From NCBI GenBank assembly GCA_000388065.2, contig KB932201.1: DNA of 12,879 bases. One strand, written 5' to 3'. A program made the translations under genes and the position numbers. The DNA comes from Fonticula alba ATCC 38817 (taxonomy: Eukaryota > Protista > Nucleariida). The notes under the pieces were generated by a model, which did no database searches, was not told the origin of the DNA, and saw only the letters and a list, made by a program, of their open reading frames with translations. Below are positions 1 through 10,048 of this stretch, piece by piece (position 1 is the stretch's first letter; every line of letters begins with the position of its first letter).

Positions 1-3000
1 GCTGTCGGTGGAGAACTTCCCTCGATCTAGAGGCCCGGGGGGGGGGAGGAGAGGGGGAAAATGGGGAGGAGCATGTGAGCATGCTCAAGTGTGTACCTTA
101 TGTGTCCGTAGGGCGGCCAGCTGCTTGCGCACGCCCGGTTCCCGGAGAATGACATTGATTCTCTGTGCCCGGCGGATGCGCAAGCGCTGTCGATAGGTGG
201 TCTTCGGGGGGTTCATGCTCAGGTAGATGCGCTGCCGCGGGGTGCCGGTGGTACTATGCGATGTCCCCGGCCGGAGCGCAACACGGCCCAAAGTGTCGGT
301 CGAGCCAGAGATGGTCGTCCGACGCCCGGACGACATGGGCGAGATGGGGTATGCCGAGGGGAGAAAATAGGGCGATGCTCCGGCCTTGGCGGCCATTGGA
401 CTGTCTGATGGCCGAATTAGGAAGGTCATGTTGTGCGTGCCACTGCCAGCTGCCAGAGAAACGGCCGGATCTACACCCGGGGAAGGAGCAGATGGGCCCG
501 AAGAAGAAGAAGAAGAAGAAGAAGGGGAGGAGGAGGAGGAGGAGGACACATCGGCCGGCTGGTCAGCCTTGCTGGCCATGCCGGGCAGGAGGGATGGCCG
601 CCGTGCGGAGCCCTGGGTGCCCAGTGCTCCCTGGCTCCCATGGGCCAGGGAGATGGAGGAGGACCACCGCCGACCGGATAGATCGGCAAGCGATGGGGCC
701 GCCATGACCATTGGAGACATGCCACTGCGCGTCGGCGGCCGGAAGGGAGCCTGCACCGGGCGCCGGGCTTCCGTGCCGAGTGCAGGCCCACGCGCTCCGC
801 CAACGGTTGGCTTCGGCGGCAGGGAGCCAGCGGTCACGCCAGGCGAGGGGAAGGGGTGGCTGCTGCCATCGGCCCCGAGGCGCAACTTGGCTGGGTCGGT
901 GATGATGGACGGCGGGGGGAGGGGCTTTTTGTCCGGCGAAATGGCAGCATGCCCGGTCCCCTCAAATTCATGGTCCGAGTCGAAGTCCGAATCAAAGTCG
1001 CTGTAGAACTCGAAGCTCGAGTCATCGGAAGCTGTAAGTTCGTCCACCTCGTCATGATCGTTGTCGAAGACCATGCGCTCTCTGGGCGGGCCGCCACCGG
1101 CCATCGACCTACTGCCAGGGCCATCACCGGCCAGCAAGATACGCGCGGCCTCCTGCTGGCGCTGGGCCCGGCTGCTGCCAGCAGCGACCGGGGCCCGGCC
1201 GAAGGACACCTCATCCAGCACCTGCACGGCATCCTCATCATCGGGGACAGTGCTGCTTGAGCCGGCATCCGACGCCGGTGACAGGGGAGATGCCTGTCGA
1301 GAACCACCCTGGCCGCCGGCCGGCACCGGCGGGGAGAAGGTCGACATCTCGGTGATGGAGGGCCGCTGAGGGGCGCCACTCCCGGCGGACCCCCGGCGGA
1401 GAGACATGCTCGAAACAGACTCGCCAATGGCATGGCCAATGTTGGATGACCCCCGACGAAGGGTGTGGGCCAGGCTGGAGGCTGCCCGGGAGACTGGGTT
1501 TTCTGCCGCCAGTGCGGCAGCCGTGGCGGCTGTCGGACTGGACGAACCAGCCAGCAAGCCATCGAGCGCATCGATCTCCACCGATGACCGGCGCTGGAAG
1601 AAGGACCGGCTGCGCATGGTATTCAGCTGGGAGCGCTCATTCTGGAGGGCGGACTGGCGCTCGCGCTCGCGCTCGGCATAGACAGCGTAATAGGAGGGAA
1701 GCTCGCCGGGGCCGTTGCCCATGCTGGAGATGCTGGCATTGGAAGCACCGGCTGCCAGGCTGGGAGATGCCTCACTGGAAGTTGAGCCACGGCCGGAGAG
1801 AACCGGCCGGCGCCCGGCCGAGGGGAGAGGCTGCGACATGGCCGATGAGGCGGAGATGGTGCCGGTGGTGGAGGCTGCGGCGGTGGCTGCGGCGTTTGTG
1901 GCGGCGACACTTGGCCCAATGGCATCGCCGGGTGCATGAATGGCAGCGAGGGCGGCTGTCGCAGCCGCGGCCGTGGCAGCTGGCACTGGTGGTGGCCGCG
2001 AGGAAGGACCAGCGTCAAGCTGTGTGCTGGCAGATGCGAGACCACTCCTGGAGTCCGGACTGAGGACCAGGAGCGAACTCTTTCGTGCCAGGGTGCCCGA
2101 CTGAGAAGGGTAGAGAACGCTCGGGGCAGGGGGCGTCGGCATCGGAGCAGGTGGTGGGGGGTTGAGCGTGCCACGGGAGAGGGATCTACAGGCACATGTT
2201 AGGCATACGAGACTGGCTCTCGGGCTGGCTCACTTTGTTGGACTGTTGTTGCTGTGAAAGTGCACCCCCGAGCGGTGTGGAGATGTGGGTGTGCATGCCG
2301 CCCCCCCCCCCCCCCCGGCCCCTCCTCTCCGGGGNNNNNNNNNNNNNNNNNNNNNNNNNNNNNNNNNNNNNNNNNNNNNNNNNNNNNNNNNNNNNNNCGG
2401 GGGGGGGGGGGGGGGTCAATCGACACGCACCTGAAGAGGGAGGTGCTACGGGATCGAGCTGCTTGTGGTGGAGGGGGCGAATGGAAAGACACATCTGGAG
2501 CAGTTAACTCCAGCAGCCGGGCCCAAATGGGAGAGAGGCCGCCAATACGGGCACGAAGAACAAGCTATGCATGTGGATGGGCACGCATGGTGTGTGTGTG
2601 TGTGTGTGTGTGCGGTCGACACCGGAAGATGGTCAGCTTTGATTGCTGGAAAAGGCGGGGCACGGACGCCGGGACGATGTGGCGGACACACGCACCCGAG
2701 TAAAATCCTCGAACTCGATGAAGCCGCTCTGGTTGGTATCAGCCTCATAGAAAAGGGCGGTGATATCCATCTCAGTAGGCAAGGGGGGCGGTGGGGGATT
2801 GGGAGAGTTGAAGACCGGCGAAAGGGGGTGCGCAGGATTGGCATAAGTTCGCGACACTTGGTTGTACATGGTCTCCAGCTCTTGCAGCGAAATCACCCCA
2901 TCGTCGTTCATATCGAAGAAGGAGAAGTGCGAGATGAGCAGCTTTGTAGAGGCAGATAGAGGGAGATGGATGGATGGGTGGATGGATGGATGGATAGTAG

Positions 3001-3138
3001 GGCATAAGGGTCAGGGGTACAGAGTGCAGGAATCGGGCCGAAGACGAGCATAGGCAGGCGACGCACATCCATAATCTGAGGCGAGAGTCCATACTGCTCC
3101 ATCAGTTCGGCCGGATCGGCCGAGAAGTTGTATCGCAT
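1..3138 (-). CDS. Multi-exon gene: N-terminal EF-hand pair plus long low-complexity region, 3'-partial. Predicted exons (minus strand): 3138-3067, 2941-2696, 2564-2431, 2251-2234, 2185-97, then a further exon starting at 26 or at 1 and running off the window.
   Basis: ATG at 3138 in ACCACCATG context. Donors GTGCGT (3066, 2695, 2430), GTGAGC (2233), GTACAC (96). Acceptors AAG (2942), TAG (2565), CAG (2252), TAG (2186), TAG (27) or CAG (2). Intron phases 0,0,2,2,0 give one open frame of ~853 aa up to position 97: MRYNFSADPAELMEQYGLSPQIMD|LLISHFSFFDMNDDGVISLQELE...FEDFTR|LVLRARIGG...STSLFS|NNSPTK|SLSRGTLNPPPPAPMPTPP..., joining the 685-aa ORF 85-2142. Intron 3 contains an N gap. Confidence 0.7.
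97..2185 (-). CDS. Large exon encoding a Ser/Ala/Pro/Gly-rich, predicted disordered region with an acidic patch and a basic C-terminal segment
   Basis: About 2.1 kb stop-free frame (contains the 685-aa ORF) with protein-like composition: poly-Ala, poly-Ser, ERERER, acidic DSDFDSDHEFE. Bounded by a CTAAC branch/TAG acceptor at 2186 and an AAG|GTACAC donor at 96. Confidence 0.85.
2335..2397. other. Assembly gap (63 N) within predicted intron 3
   Basis: Run of N flanked by G tracts. Confidence 1.
2398..2434 (+). repeat. Direct repeat, copy 1 (C-G(n)-TCAATCGACACGCACCTGA); copy 2 at 12845-12879
   Basis: 19 non-homopolymer bases plus the preceding C-poly-G are identical at both sites (G17 vs G15). 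Confidence 0.9.
2590..2612. repeat. (GT/CA)n microsatellite in intron 2; similar tracts at ~3920-3945, ~5119-5137, ~8396-8420
   Basis: Visible dinucleotide arrays. Confidence 0.95.
2696..2941 (-). CDS. Exon encoding two EF-hand Ca2+-binding motifs (calmodulin-like lobe)
   Basis: Loop 1 DMNDDGVISLQE (2914-2879) is canonical (D1,N3,D5,G6,I8,E12), preceded by FSFFD (calmodulin FSLFD). Loop 2 DTNQSGFIEFED (2740-2705) has D1,N3,S5,G6,I8 and D12, preceded by PTEMDITALFYEA (calmodulin PTEAELQDMINEV). Confidence 0.9.
2966..2995. repeat. Imperfect (GGAT)n tetranucleotide repeat in intron 1
   Basis: gatggatggatgggtggatggatggatgga. Confidence 0.9.
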
Positions 3139-4444
3139 GGTGGTGTGAGACTTGGAGGGGGCGGGCAGGAGATGGGCTGCCGGCCACAAGAAGGGAGGGG
3201 AGAGTCCTGGGGAGGGGGGAGAGGGGCAGAGAGGGAGAGAGAGAGAGAGAGAGGGGGGCGAGGGAGGGAGGGGAACTGCGCGCCCGCGTGAGAGCGTGCG
3301 CGCGATGGAAAAAGGACACCGAGTGCCTTCAGCCGCTGGAGACCTTCACCAAGTGACAGAGCAGGGAACAATAGTTGACACCGGGCAGCGAGTGGTGGGG
3401 CGAGGAGGGAGGGAGGGGAGGGGAGGAGGGAAGGAGAGGCGGTCTGTGGACCTAGCCTGATGGGGGCGGGCAACAGGAGTAGGCCGGTGCCGGAAAGAGA
3501 ACTACCAGGCCAAAGGGGAGTGGCGGGAGGAGATCGGCCAGAGGGGCGACCCCTGTGGGTGTGGGAAAACTAGAGCAGAGTAAGAGGGGGCTCGGTGTGT
3601 CACACGCGGTGTCTGGCTGGAAGGGTGCAGGGGCCGGGGGGGGGGGGGCTGAGACCAGGACGCTGGAGAGCCCTGCAATGTGTGCCGAGATCCGCTTCCG
3701 CTGGGAGGAGGACCACCACCGAGATCCAAGCCCCTCCGGGGGACTTTGGGGGTGCGGAGCTGTTCTGGGGACGAGACTCAGGGGCGGTCGGGGAACAAGG
3801 GGGGCACTCGTGGGGTCGGGGGTGTCTCAGGGGGGAGAGACGCCCGCTAGCGGAGAGGGCGAGGGCTCTGCTTCACGATCACCAACCGGAGGGCTGAAGG
3901 CGCGCGTATCCCTGTATGATGTGTGTGTGTGTGTGTGTGTGTGTGCATGCCTGACTCGAGCGCCAGCCTGGAGTCTTGCCGGTGGGCGACGAGGCCGGCC
4001 TGTGGAAGACTGCTTGGGCCATGAGTTTGCCAACCTTTGCGAACACGCATATCGCATCAGGGCGCGCCAGGGACATTCCAACTCGGACCGGGTCAATGGC
4101 CCTTCTCTCTGCACACACTGCCTCCTGCTCTCTCGGGTGGCGTTGCTCATTTGTTGTCGTCCCCCCCCCCCCCTCCCCCCGTCCGGCCTTTTGACGACCG
4201 CCCCCTCGGGGCTTAGACGGTCCGTCGGCCAAGCTGCCTCGCGATGAGCTGAGGCCCACCACCAGTGGGGTGACCTCCCTCAAACATGACCGAACCCCCT
4301 TTTCTTTCTGTTGCGTCGAGGAAAACACCGGCATAGCTGGGGCCCCGGCCGGGCACGTCCCCTACACGACAACGGAGACCATTAATTCGTTCCTGCCAGA
4401 CCTCTCTGCAGGGTGCCCCCTCGCCCGCCCCCCCCCCCCCCCCC

Positions 4445-4474
4445 NNNNNNNNNNNNNNNNNNNNNNNNNNNNNN
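4445..4474. other. Assembly gap (30 N)
   Basis: Run of N flanked by C tracts. Confidence 1.
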
Positions 4475-7400
4475 CCCGTGCGCTGTGCCGCCGATCGGCC
4501 AAGGGAAACAGCAGCGCGCGGGGTGGGCTTTGTTTGGACCAGGGTGCCGCGGGCCCCGGAGAGGTGGTGGCCCAGGGTGCCGGGCATCCCCGGCCCCGGA
4601 TGGTGCGAAGGGCCACACAGGGCGGGTAATATTATATTGCCAAGAGGTGTCACAAGGCGTGTATTTTCTCCCTTCATCGACAGCGCTTCGGCGTCTGCAC
4701 CCGCGGGTCCCCCCGGCGAGGTGAGCGCCCCAGCGCGGTGAACACATCCCGGCCCCGGTGTGGCCAACCTGCCGCCGGGCCCCGGGGCCCAGCACCAGGC
4801 GAGGCCAGACTGGCTGGGCACAGCCGGGCCGCAGAGCAGGCCGCCGCGCCGCCACGCAGGAGGGAGGAAAGAGGGTTCCCCACGCGACGGGTCTCGTGGA
4901 TCCTGTGCTCCCCCCCCCCCCGCCCGCCCGCTCCCTAAAAGCCCGTCCCTCGGCCCTCGCGCACCTGACTGGCCTTCTCCAAGCTCATCCGATAACCGGG
5001 GAAAGCGCATGCACGATCGCCCCGCCCAAAGGCCGGGGGGAAGAGGCGCCGGGGGTGGGAGGCGCCGCTCGCCGCGGGGTGCGGGGGGGGGGGGGGGGGG
5101 GGGACCGCGCGGGTCAAGGCACACACACACACACACACCCGCCCGAGGCCGTTTAATTGGCTTCAGCGCGCCATCATCAGAAGGTGGTCTGATGCTGAGA
5201 CTTCCAGGAAAGCGGGGATGCCATGCGTGAACGGCTGCGCCCGCTGGACCGGGTGGGGGGGATCCCCTACGCAGCCCGGGGACGGATGGGCCTCGACCGG
5301 AGAGACACACCCGGGCCCTTCTCGCCAGAATCCCGGCCTCCGAAACAAAAAAGGCCCGACACCCCTCTCGGCACAGCACAGCCATCTGGGGGCCTCCCCG
5401 GGCGGCGGCAACGGCAGGCCGGTAATGCACCGGCCTCGGCGACCGGAGGGCGGGGGCCCGCGCCGCGCCGCCCTCCCTGCCCAAGGGGGATCCCTCTCAG
5501 GAAGGAAGCACGCCATTGAAAAGAAGAAGCCTGGCCCCCGGCCGGCGCGCCGAAGTCGATCCATTGGCAGGCCATCACGCTTCAAAAAAAGCCGCCCGAC
5601 GGGGCCATAAGTCCCAGGCGTGCGCGAGGGGACGAGCTCGGTTGAAAGGGGGGGGTGCTGCCGAGTGGAATCGCACGGGTCCCGGCTGGGGCGGTCCTGG
5701 TGCCAGAATGTGGAGAGGTGCTCGTCAATCGTGTTGCCCCCCCCCCCCGCAGCACTGGGCAGGCGGGGGGGGGGGGGGGGGGGGGCTGTGAGAGAGGGAA
5801 GTCGCTCTCGGGCTCGAGGGCCCTTCCCCTGGCTGGCCGGCCGTGTGTCTCGGGGACTACCACCATGATTTGAGCTTTCCGTGCTCTCCTGCCGGGGCGC
5901 AGGCAGGGGACCACCGGTGTGCCACCTGGGTATTCCCTGCCCAGGAAGCGCGGGGGATTGCCAGCACCCCTGTCCCAAGGGGGGGGGGGGGAGGGCGGCA
6001 TATTTGCAGAACACCCCCCCCCCCCCAAAGCAGAGGGCGAACACCGGGGCAGGAAAACAAATCCCGCCTGATTCCCTCGGGCAAGCAGAAGGAACGGTAC
6101 TGGAAAGGGAAGCGCTTGTCCTCGCCGACACAGGGGCGAGGGCCAAGTGGGCCGGCAGGCGGGGATCTTCGCGGGCACAAAAACGCCAGGCTCAGTGGGG
6201 CCCCTGAAAGCAGGGCCCCGAGTCCAGACGCGCATGGCACATGTGTCCGATCAGGCGCATTGCACGTGTGATCTTCCTTTTGTGCGATGGGCGAGGTGAA
6301 AACACCGATGCGTGAATGACATTTAAGGCACCTGTTGAACCCTGTCCATCGGGATAATAGGACCCTGGGGGGGGGGGGCGGAAATAGTGGAACAGAGGCA
6401 GTTCCCCCCTCGCCGGCGCCTCACCGTCGCATCCGCGACCACATTACCCATGGGGCCCAGAAGAAAACCCTCTGTCTCTCTCTCTCTCTCTTGGATGTTT
6501 CGCGATTTTTTTTCGCTCCTTTTATTCGGTGGCGGTGCTGTCTGTGCTGCCTCTGCCGCATGTTGGCCTCTCACAGCTCCACCGGAGGAGATGCCAATTT
6601 TCCGCGGGAACAGGCTTGCAGCCCCCCCCCCCCCGGGAACCTTCCCCGTCTTGTCCCTCCTTCGGCCCCCAAACCCCCAGCTCCTTTGTGCGGGGGGGGG
6701 AGGGCGAGGGACGCATGGCCCAGCCCCCGAGTGACCAGGGCACTGCGCCCCGCTTGCCTTAGAAGGAAGCGTGCAAGTGCGTGCTGTCCCTATCGTGGCC
6801 CTTGCACAGCCTCTGTCTGTCTGAAGCACGGGGAGGCCCGGTTTCCATGCGACGGGGGAAAGGGCGACCGGTGCGACCGTGCCTCCCCCCGCCCCACCTC
6901 CCTCCGGATGGCGGGTGGCGGCTGGATGGGGGAGGGGGGGTGACACGCACCCGATTGTCCAGGGGGGGGGGGGGGGGGGGGGGGGCGCCCCCTGGGGGGC
7001 CGGGGGGGGGAGTTCACCCCCCCCCCCCCCCCCTGCGTATCCGTGTGCATGCGTCGGTGTGTTTGGGTGCGGGTGTGGCTGCGCGTGTCCCGGCCAGGGG
7101 CGGCCTTGTGGACTGGTGTGCCTTGAAGAGGAGCCTCCACGAGGGCATCCCTCTCAGAGGAACGGCCTCTTGTCTTTGAACTTTTTGGCTATACCGCGCC
7201 TTTTTGGTTTAAGGTTTGTTCTCTCCCCTCTCCTGCCCCTGCCCTTGCTTTGCCCTCTCCCCCCCCCTCCGCCCATTGAGGGAATCGTCGCCCGGTCGCC
7301 CTCCTCTCCTACGGTGTCGTGTTCTCCCTCATGGCACATGGTCGCTGTCGCCGCCTCGCGCGTCCCCCTCCTCCTCCTTCGTCTCATGTCGCATGCGGTT

Positions 7401-7613
7401 GGGGGAGGGCGCGTGCGTCGGATGCCTCTTTTCCGAGTCACATCCGACGTCTGTGAATGCGCGTGCCATGCTGTCCCCCCTCCCTCGTGGGGATGACACA
7501 TCCTCCACCAATGAAGAGAGCGAGAGATGCGCCGGATATCGCGATGGCGCCCCCTCTCTCCCCTCCCATGATGACCGTCATCACCCCTTTCATCGGCATC
7601 TTGGCATACGCAC

Positions 7614-7732
7614 GTATGCTTGCCGTCCCTCCTCCCTCTGCTGACCACTAACTGTTCTGCTCCCCCTTTCGCCTCTCTCTCTCTCTCTCTCCCCCTCCTG
7701 CCCCCGCTCTTCGCCGCGCCGCGCCCGCACAG
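7614..7732 (+). other. Probable 5'-UTR intron of the eL15 gene (acceptor well supported, donor uncertain)
   Basis: CTGAC (7641) and CACTAAC (7646-7652) branch-like motifs, a long CT-rich tract, and CAG at 7730-7732, 12 nt before the ATG. Nearest good donor is GTATGC at 7614; GTGAAT at 7453 is an alternative. Confidence 0.55.
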
Positions 7733-7744
7733 GATACAATCAAG

Positions 7745-8347
7745 ATGGGTGCCTACAAGTACCTCGAGGAGCTCTACAAGAAGAAGCAGTCCGACGTGCT
7801 GCGCTTCATCCTGCGTGTCCGCTGCTGGGAGCTCCGCCAGCTCAACACCATCCACCGTGCCTCTCGCCCCTCTCGCCCCGAGAAGGCCCGCCGCCTCGGC
7901 TACAAGGCCAAGCAGGGTTACGTCATCTACCGCGTTCGCGTTCGCCGCGGTGGCCGCAAGCGCCCTGTGACCAAGGGTCAGACCATGGGTAAGCCCGTCA
8001 CCCATGGTGTCAACCAGCTCAAGAACTCCCGCAACCACCGCGCCATCGCTGAGCAGCGCGTCGGCAAGGTCTGCGGCAACCTGCGTGTCCTCAACTCCTA
8101 CTGGATCAACCAGGACGCCATGTTCAAGTTCTTCGAGGTCATCCTGGTCGACCCCTCCCACAAGGCCATCAAGATCGACCCCCGCATCAACTGGATTGCT
8201 GGTGTCAACCACAAGCACCGTGAGTGCCGTGGCCTGACCGCCGCCGGCCGCAGCAGCCGTGGCCTCGGCTCCGAGAAGACCATTGGTGGCTCCACCTACG
8301 CTTCCTGGAAGCGCCGCAACGCCAAGGTCTTCCACCGCTACCGCTAA
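7745..8347 (+). CDS. RPL15: 60S ribosomal protein eL15 (L15), 200 aa, CDS uninterrupted
   Basis: Hallmark sequence [81 protein letters not shown]-terminal HRYR. Strong C/G-ending codon bias of a highly expressed gene. Confidence 0.99.
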   Translation: MGAYKYLEELYKKKQSDVLRFILRVRCWELRQLNTIHRASRPSRPEKARRLGYKAKQGYVIYRVRVRRGGRKRPVTKGQTMGKPVTHGVNQLKNSRNHRAIAEQRVGKVCGNLRVLNSYWINQDAMFKFFEVILVDPSHKAIKIDPRINWIAGVNHKHRECRGLTAAGRSSRGLGSEKTIGGSTYASWKRRNAKVFHRYR

Positions 8348-8935
8348 TCGTTTGCGGGCCTTGGCGCAGCCTTTGCGCTCGCCGTCCTGTGTATGCGTGT
8401 GTGTGTGTGTGCGTGTGTGTCCGTGCGTGCGCGCCCGGGTCCTGCTGTGTGCATTTGGGCATTTGTGTGCACGCGTGTGGCCAAAAGCTGTCTCTCCCTC
8501 TCTGCGCCTCTCTCCCCCCGACGAGAGTCGGTCCGGCATGTTGTGCAGGGGCAGAGGCAGCTGCCTCACGCGGAGTCCCTCTCCGTCTTCTTCCCGTGGG
8601 CGCATTGGTGCTGCCCCTACAGTGTCCAGTTTCCTGCTTCTGCGCGCGCTCGCACGCGCGCCCTCTCCTCCGCTCCAGGGTGTCTGCCTGGATGTATGTG
8701 TGTGTGTGGTTGTCCTTTCCTCCCCTCTCAATACACCAACCTTATTCCTCGACATCTTCCTTTCGCCGCCTCGCCTCTCTCCCCCCGGGGGGCGACACAA
8801 TATCTCCTGTTCTTTTTTCCGGCCGCGTTGCGTACATTCTCCCTCTCCTTGAAAGGGGAGGCGGCGGGGACAGGTAGCGAGGAGGGCTGAGGGGCACGCG
8901 CCAAAAAAGAAAGAGCCATCGGACGAGCGCGGGGG

Positions 8936-9816
8936 NNNNNNNNNNNNNNNNNNNNNNNNNNNNNNNNNNNNNNNNNNNNNNNNNNNNNNNNNNNNNNNNN
9001 NNNNNNNNNNNNNNNNNNNNNNNNNNNNNNNNNNNNNNNNNNNNNNNNNNNNNNNNNNNNNNNNNNNNNNNNNNNNNNNNNNNNNNNNNNNNNNNNNNNN
9101 NNNNNNNNNNNNNNNNNNNNNNNNNNNNNNNNNNNNNNNNNNNNNNNNNNNNNNNNNNNNNNNNNNNNNNNNNNNNNNNNNNNNNNNNNNNNNNNNNNNN
9201 NNNNNNNNNNNNNNNNNNNNNNNNNNNNNNNNNNNNNNNNNNNNNNNNNNNNNNNNNNNNNNNNNNNNNNNNNNNNNNNNNNNNNNNNNNNNNNNNNNNN
9301 NNNNNNNNNNNNNNNNNNNNNNNNNNNNNNNNNNNNNNNNNNNNNNNNNNNNNNNNNNNNNNNNNNNNNNNNNNNNNNNNNNNNNNNNNNNNNNNNNNNN
9401 NNNNNNNNNNNNNNNNNNNNNNNNNNNNNNNNNNNNNNNNNNNNNNNNNNNNNNNNNNNNNNNNNNNNNNNNNNNNNNNNNNNNNNNNNNNNNNNNNNNN
9501 NNNNNNNNNNNNNNNNNNNNNNNNNNNNNNNNNNNNNNNNNNNNNNNNNNNNNNNNNNNNNNNNNNNNNNNNNNNNNNNNNNNNNNNNNNNNNNNNNNNN
9601 NNNNNNNNNNNNNNNNNNNNNNNNNNNNNNNNNNNNNNNNNNNNNNNNNNNNNNNNNNNNNNNNNNNNNNNNNNNNNNNNNNNNNNNNNNNNNNNNNNNN
9701 NNNNNNNNNNNNNNNNNNNNNNNNNNNNNNNNNNNNNNNNNNNNNNNNNNNNNNNNNNNNNNNNNNNNNNNNNNNNNNNNNNNNNNNNNNNNNNNNNNNN
9801 NNNNNNNNNNNNNNNC
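8936..9816. other. Assembly gap (881 N); could hide exons or a small gene
   Basis: Run of N between a G tract and a C tract. Confidence 1.
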
Positions 9817-10048
9817 CCCCCCCCCCCCCCCCCGGGGGGGAAGTGCATCCACCTGGCAAATCTCCCTCCATCTGCACAGGCCCTGGCCAGTCTCCCGACC
9901 GAGCCTGGGCAGCCATCCGCCCGGGCGTCATCGGGGCCCGTGCTCTCGCCCGTTCGGCAAACCTCCCCCAACCGTGTGCCCAACTCTCCTCCCTCCCGTT
10001 GTCCCTGTTGCCTTAGCTTCCTGCCCTCCTTTCACCTAGCTGGGAGGC

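Noticed and set aside
165-2202. Many overlapping plus-strand and alternate-frame ORFs over the large exon; likewise 10013-10900 (-) and 11138-12811 (+)
   Set aside because: Stop-poor shadow frames of GC-rich coding sequence with no recognisable motifs.
2186-2208. Possible 23-nt ultra-short intron GTATGCCTAAC...TAG
   Set aside because: The donor abuts the branch point, and using it leaves an in-frame TGA at 2232-2230; the 48-nt GTGAGC intron fits the frame.
4050-4079. YRIRARQGHS in ORF 3555-4247, resembling the IRANQGHS motif of Tpt1/KptA RNA 2'-phosphotransferase
   Set aside because: The other Tpt1 motifs (LRH, K.RF, HGT, R..[IV]H) were not found nearby, and the ORF runs through microsatellite and poly-C sequence; treated as chance.
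4681-4697. Small hairpin with a C(UUCG)G tetraloop
   Set aside because: Isolated short stem in GC-rich DNA with no surrounding snRNA, SRP, RNase P or tRNA signature.
4816-4829. 14-nt match GGGCACAGCCGGGC with 12722-12735
   Set aside because: A short GC-rich match of this length is expected by chance in a window of this size and composition.
7568-7644. ATGATGA...CTGA with box C/D snoRNA spacing upstream of RPL15
   Set aside because: No terminal stem, no clear C'/D' boxes and no recognisable rRNA guide; the CTGA is explained as part of a CTGAC branch-site motif.
7154-9983. Very long minus-strand ORFs (925, 374 and 413 aa) and other ORFs containing X runs
   Set aside because: They are open only because N gaps contain no stops; the 925-aa one is otherwise the antisense shadow of RPL15.
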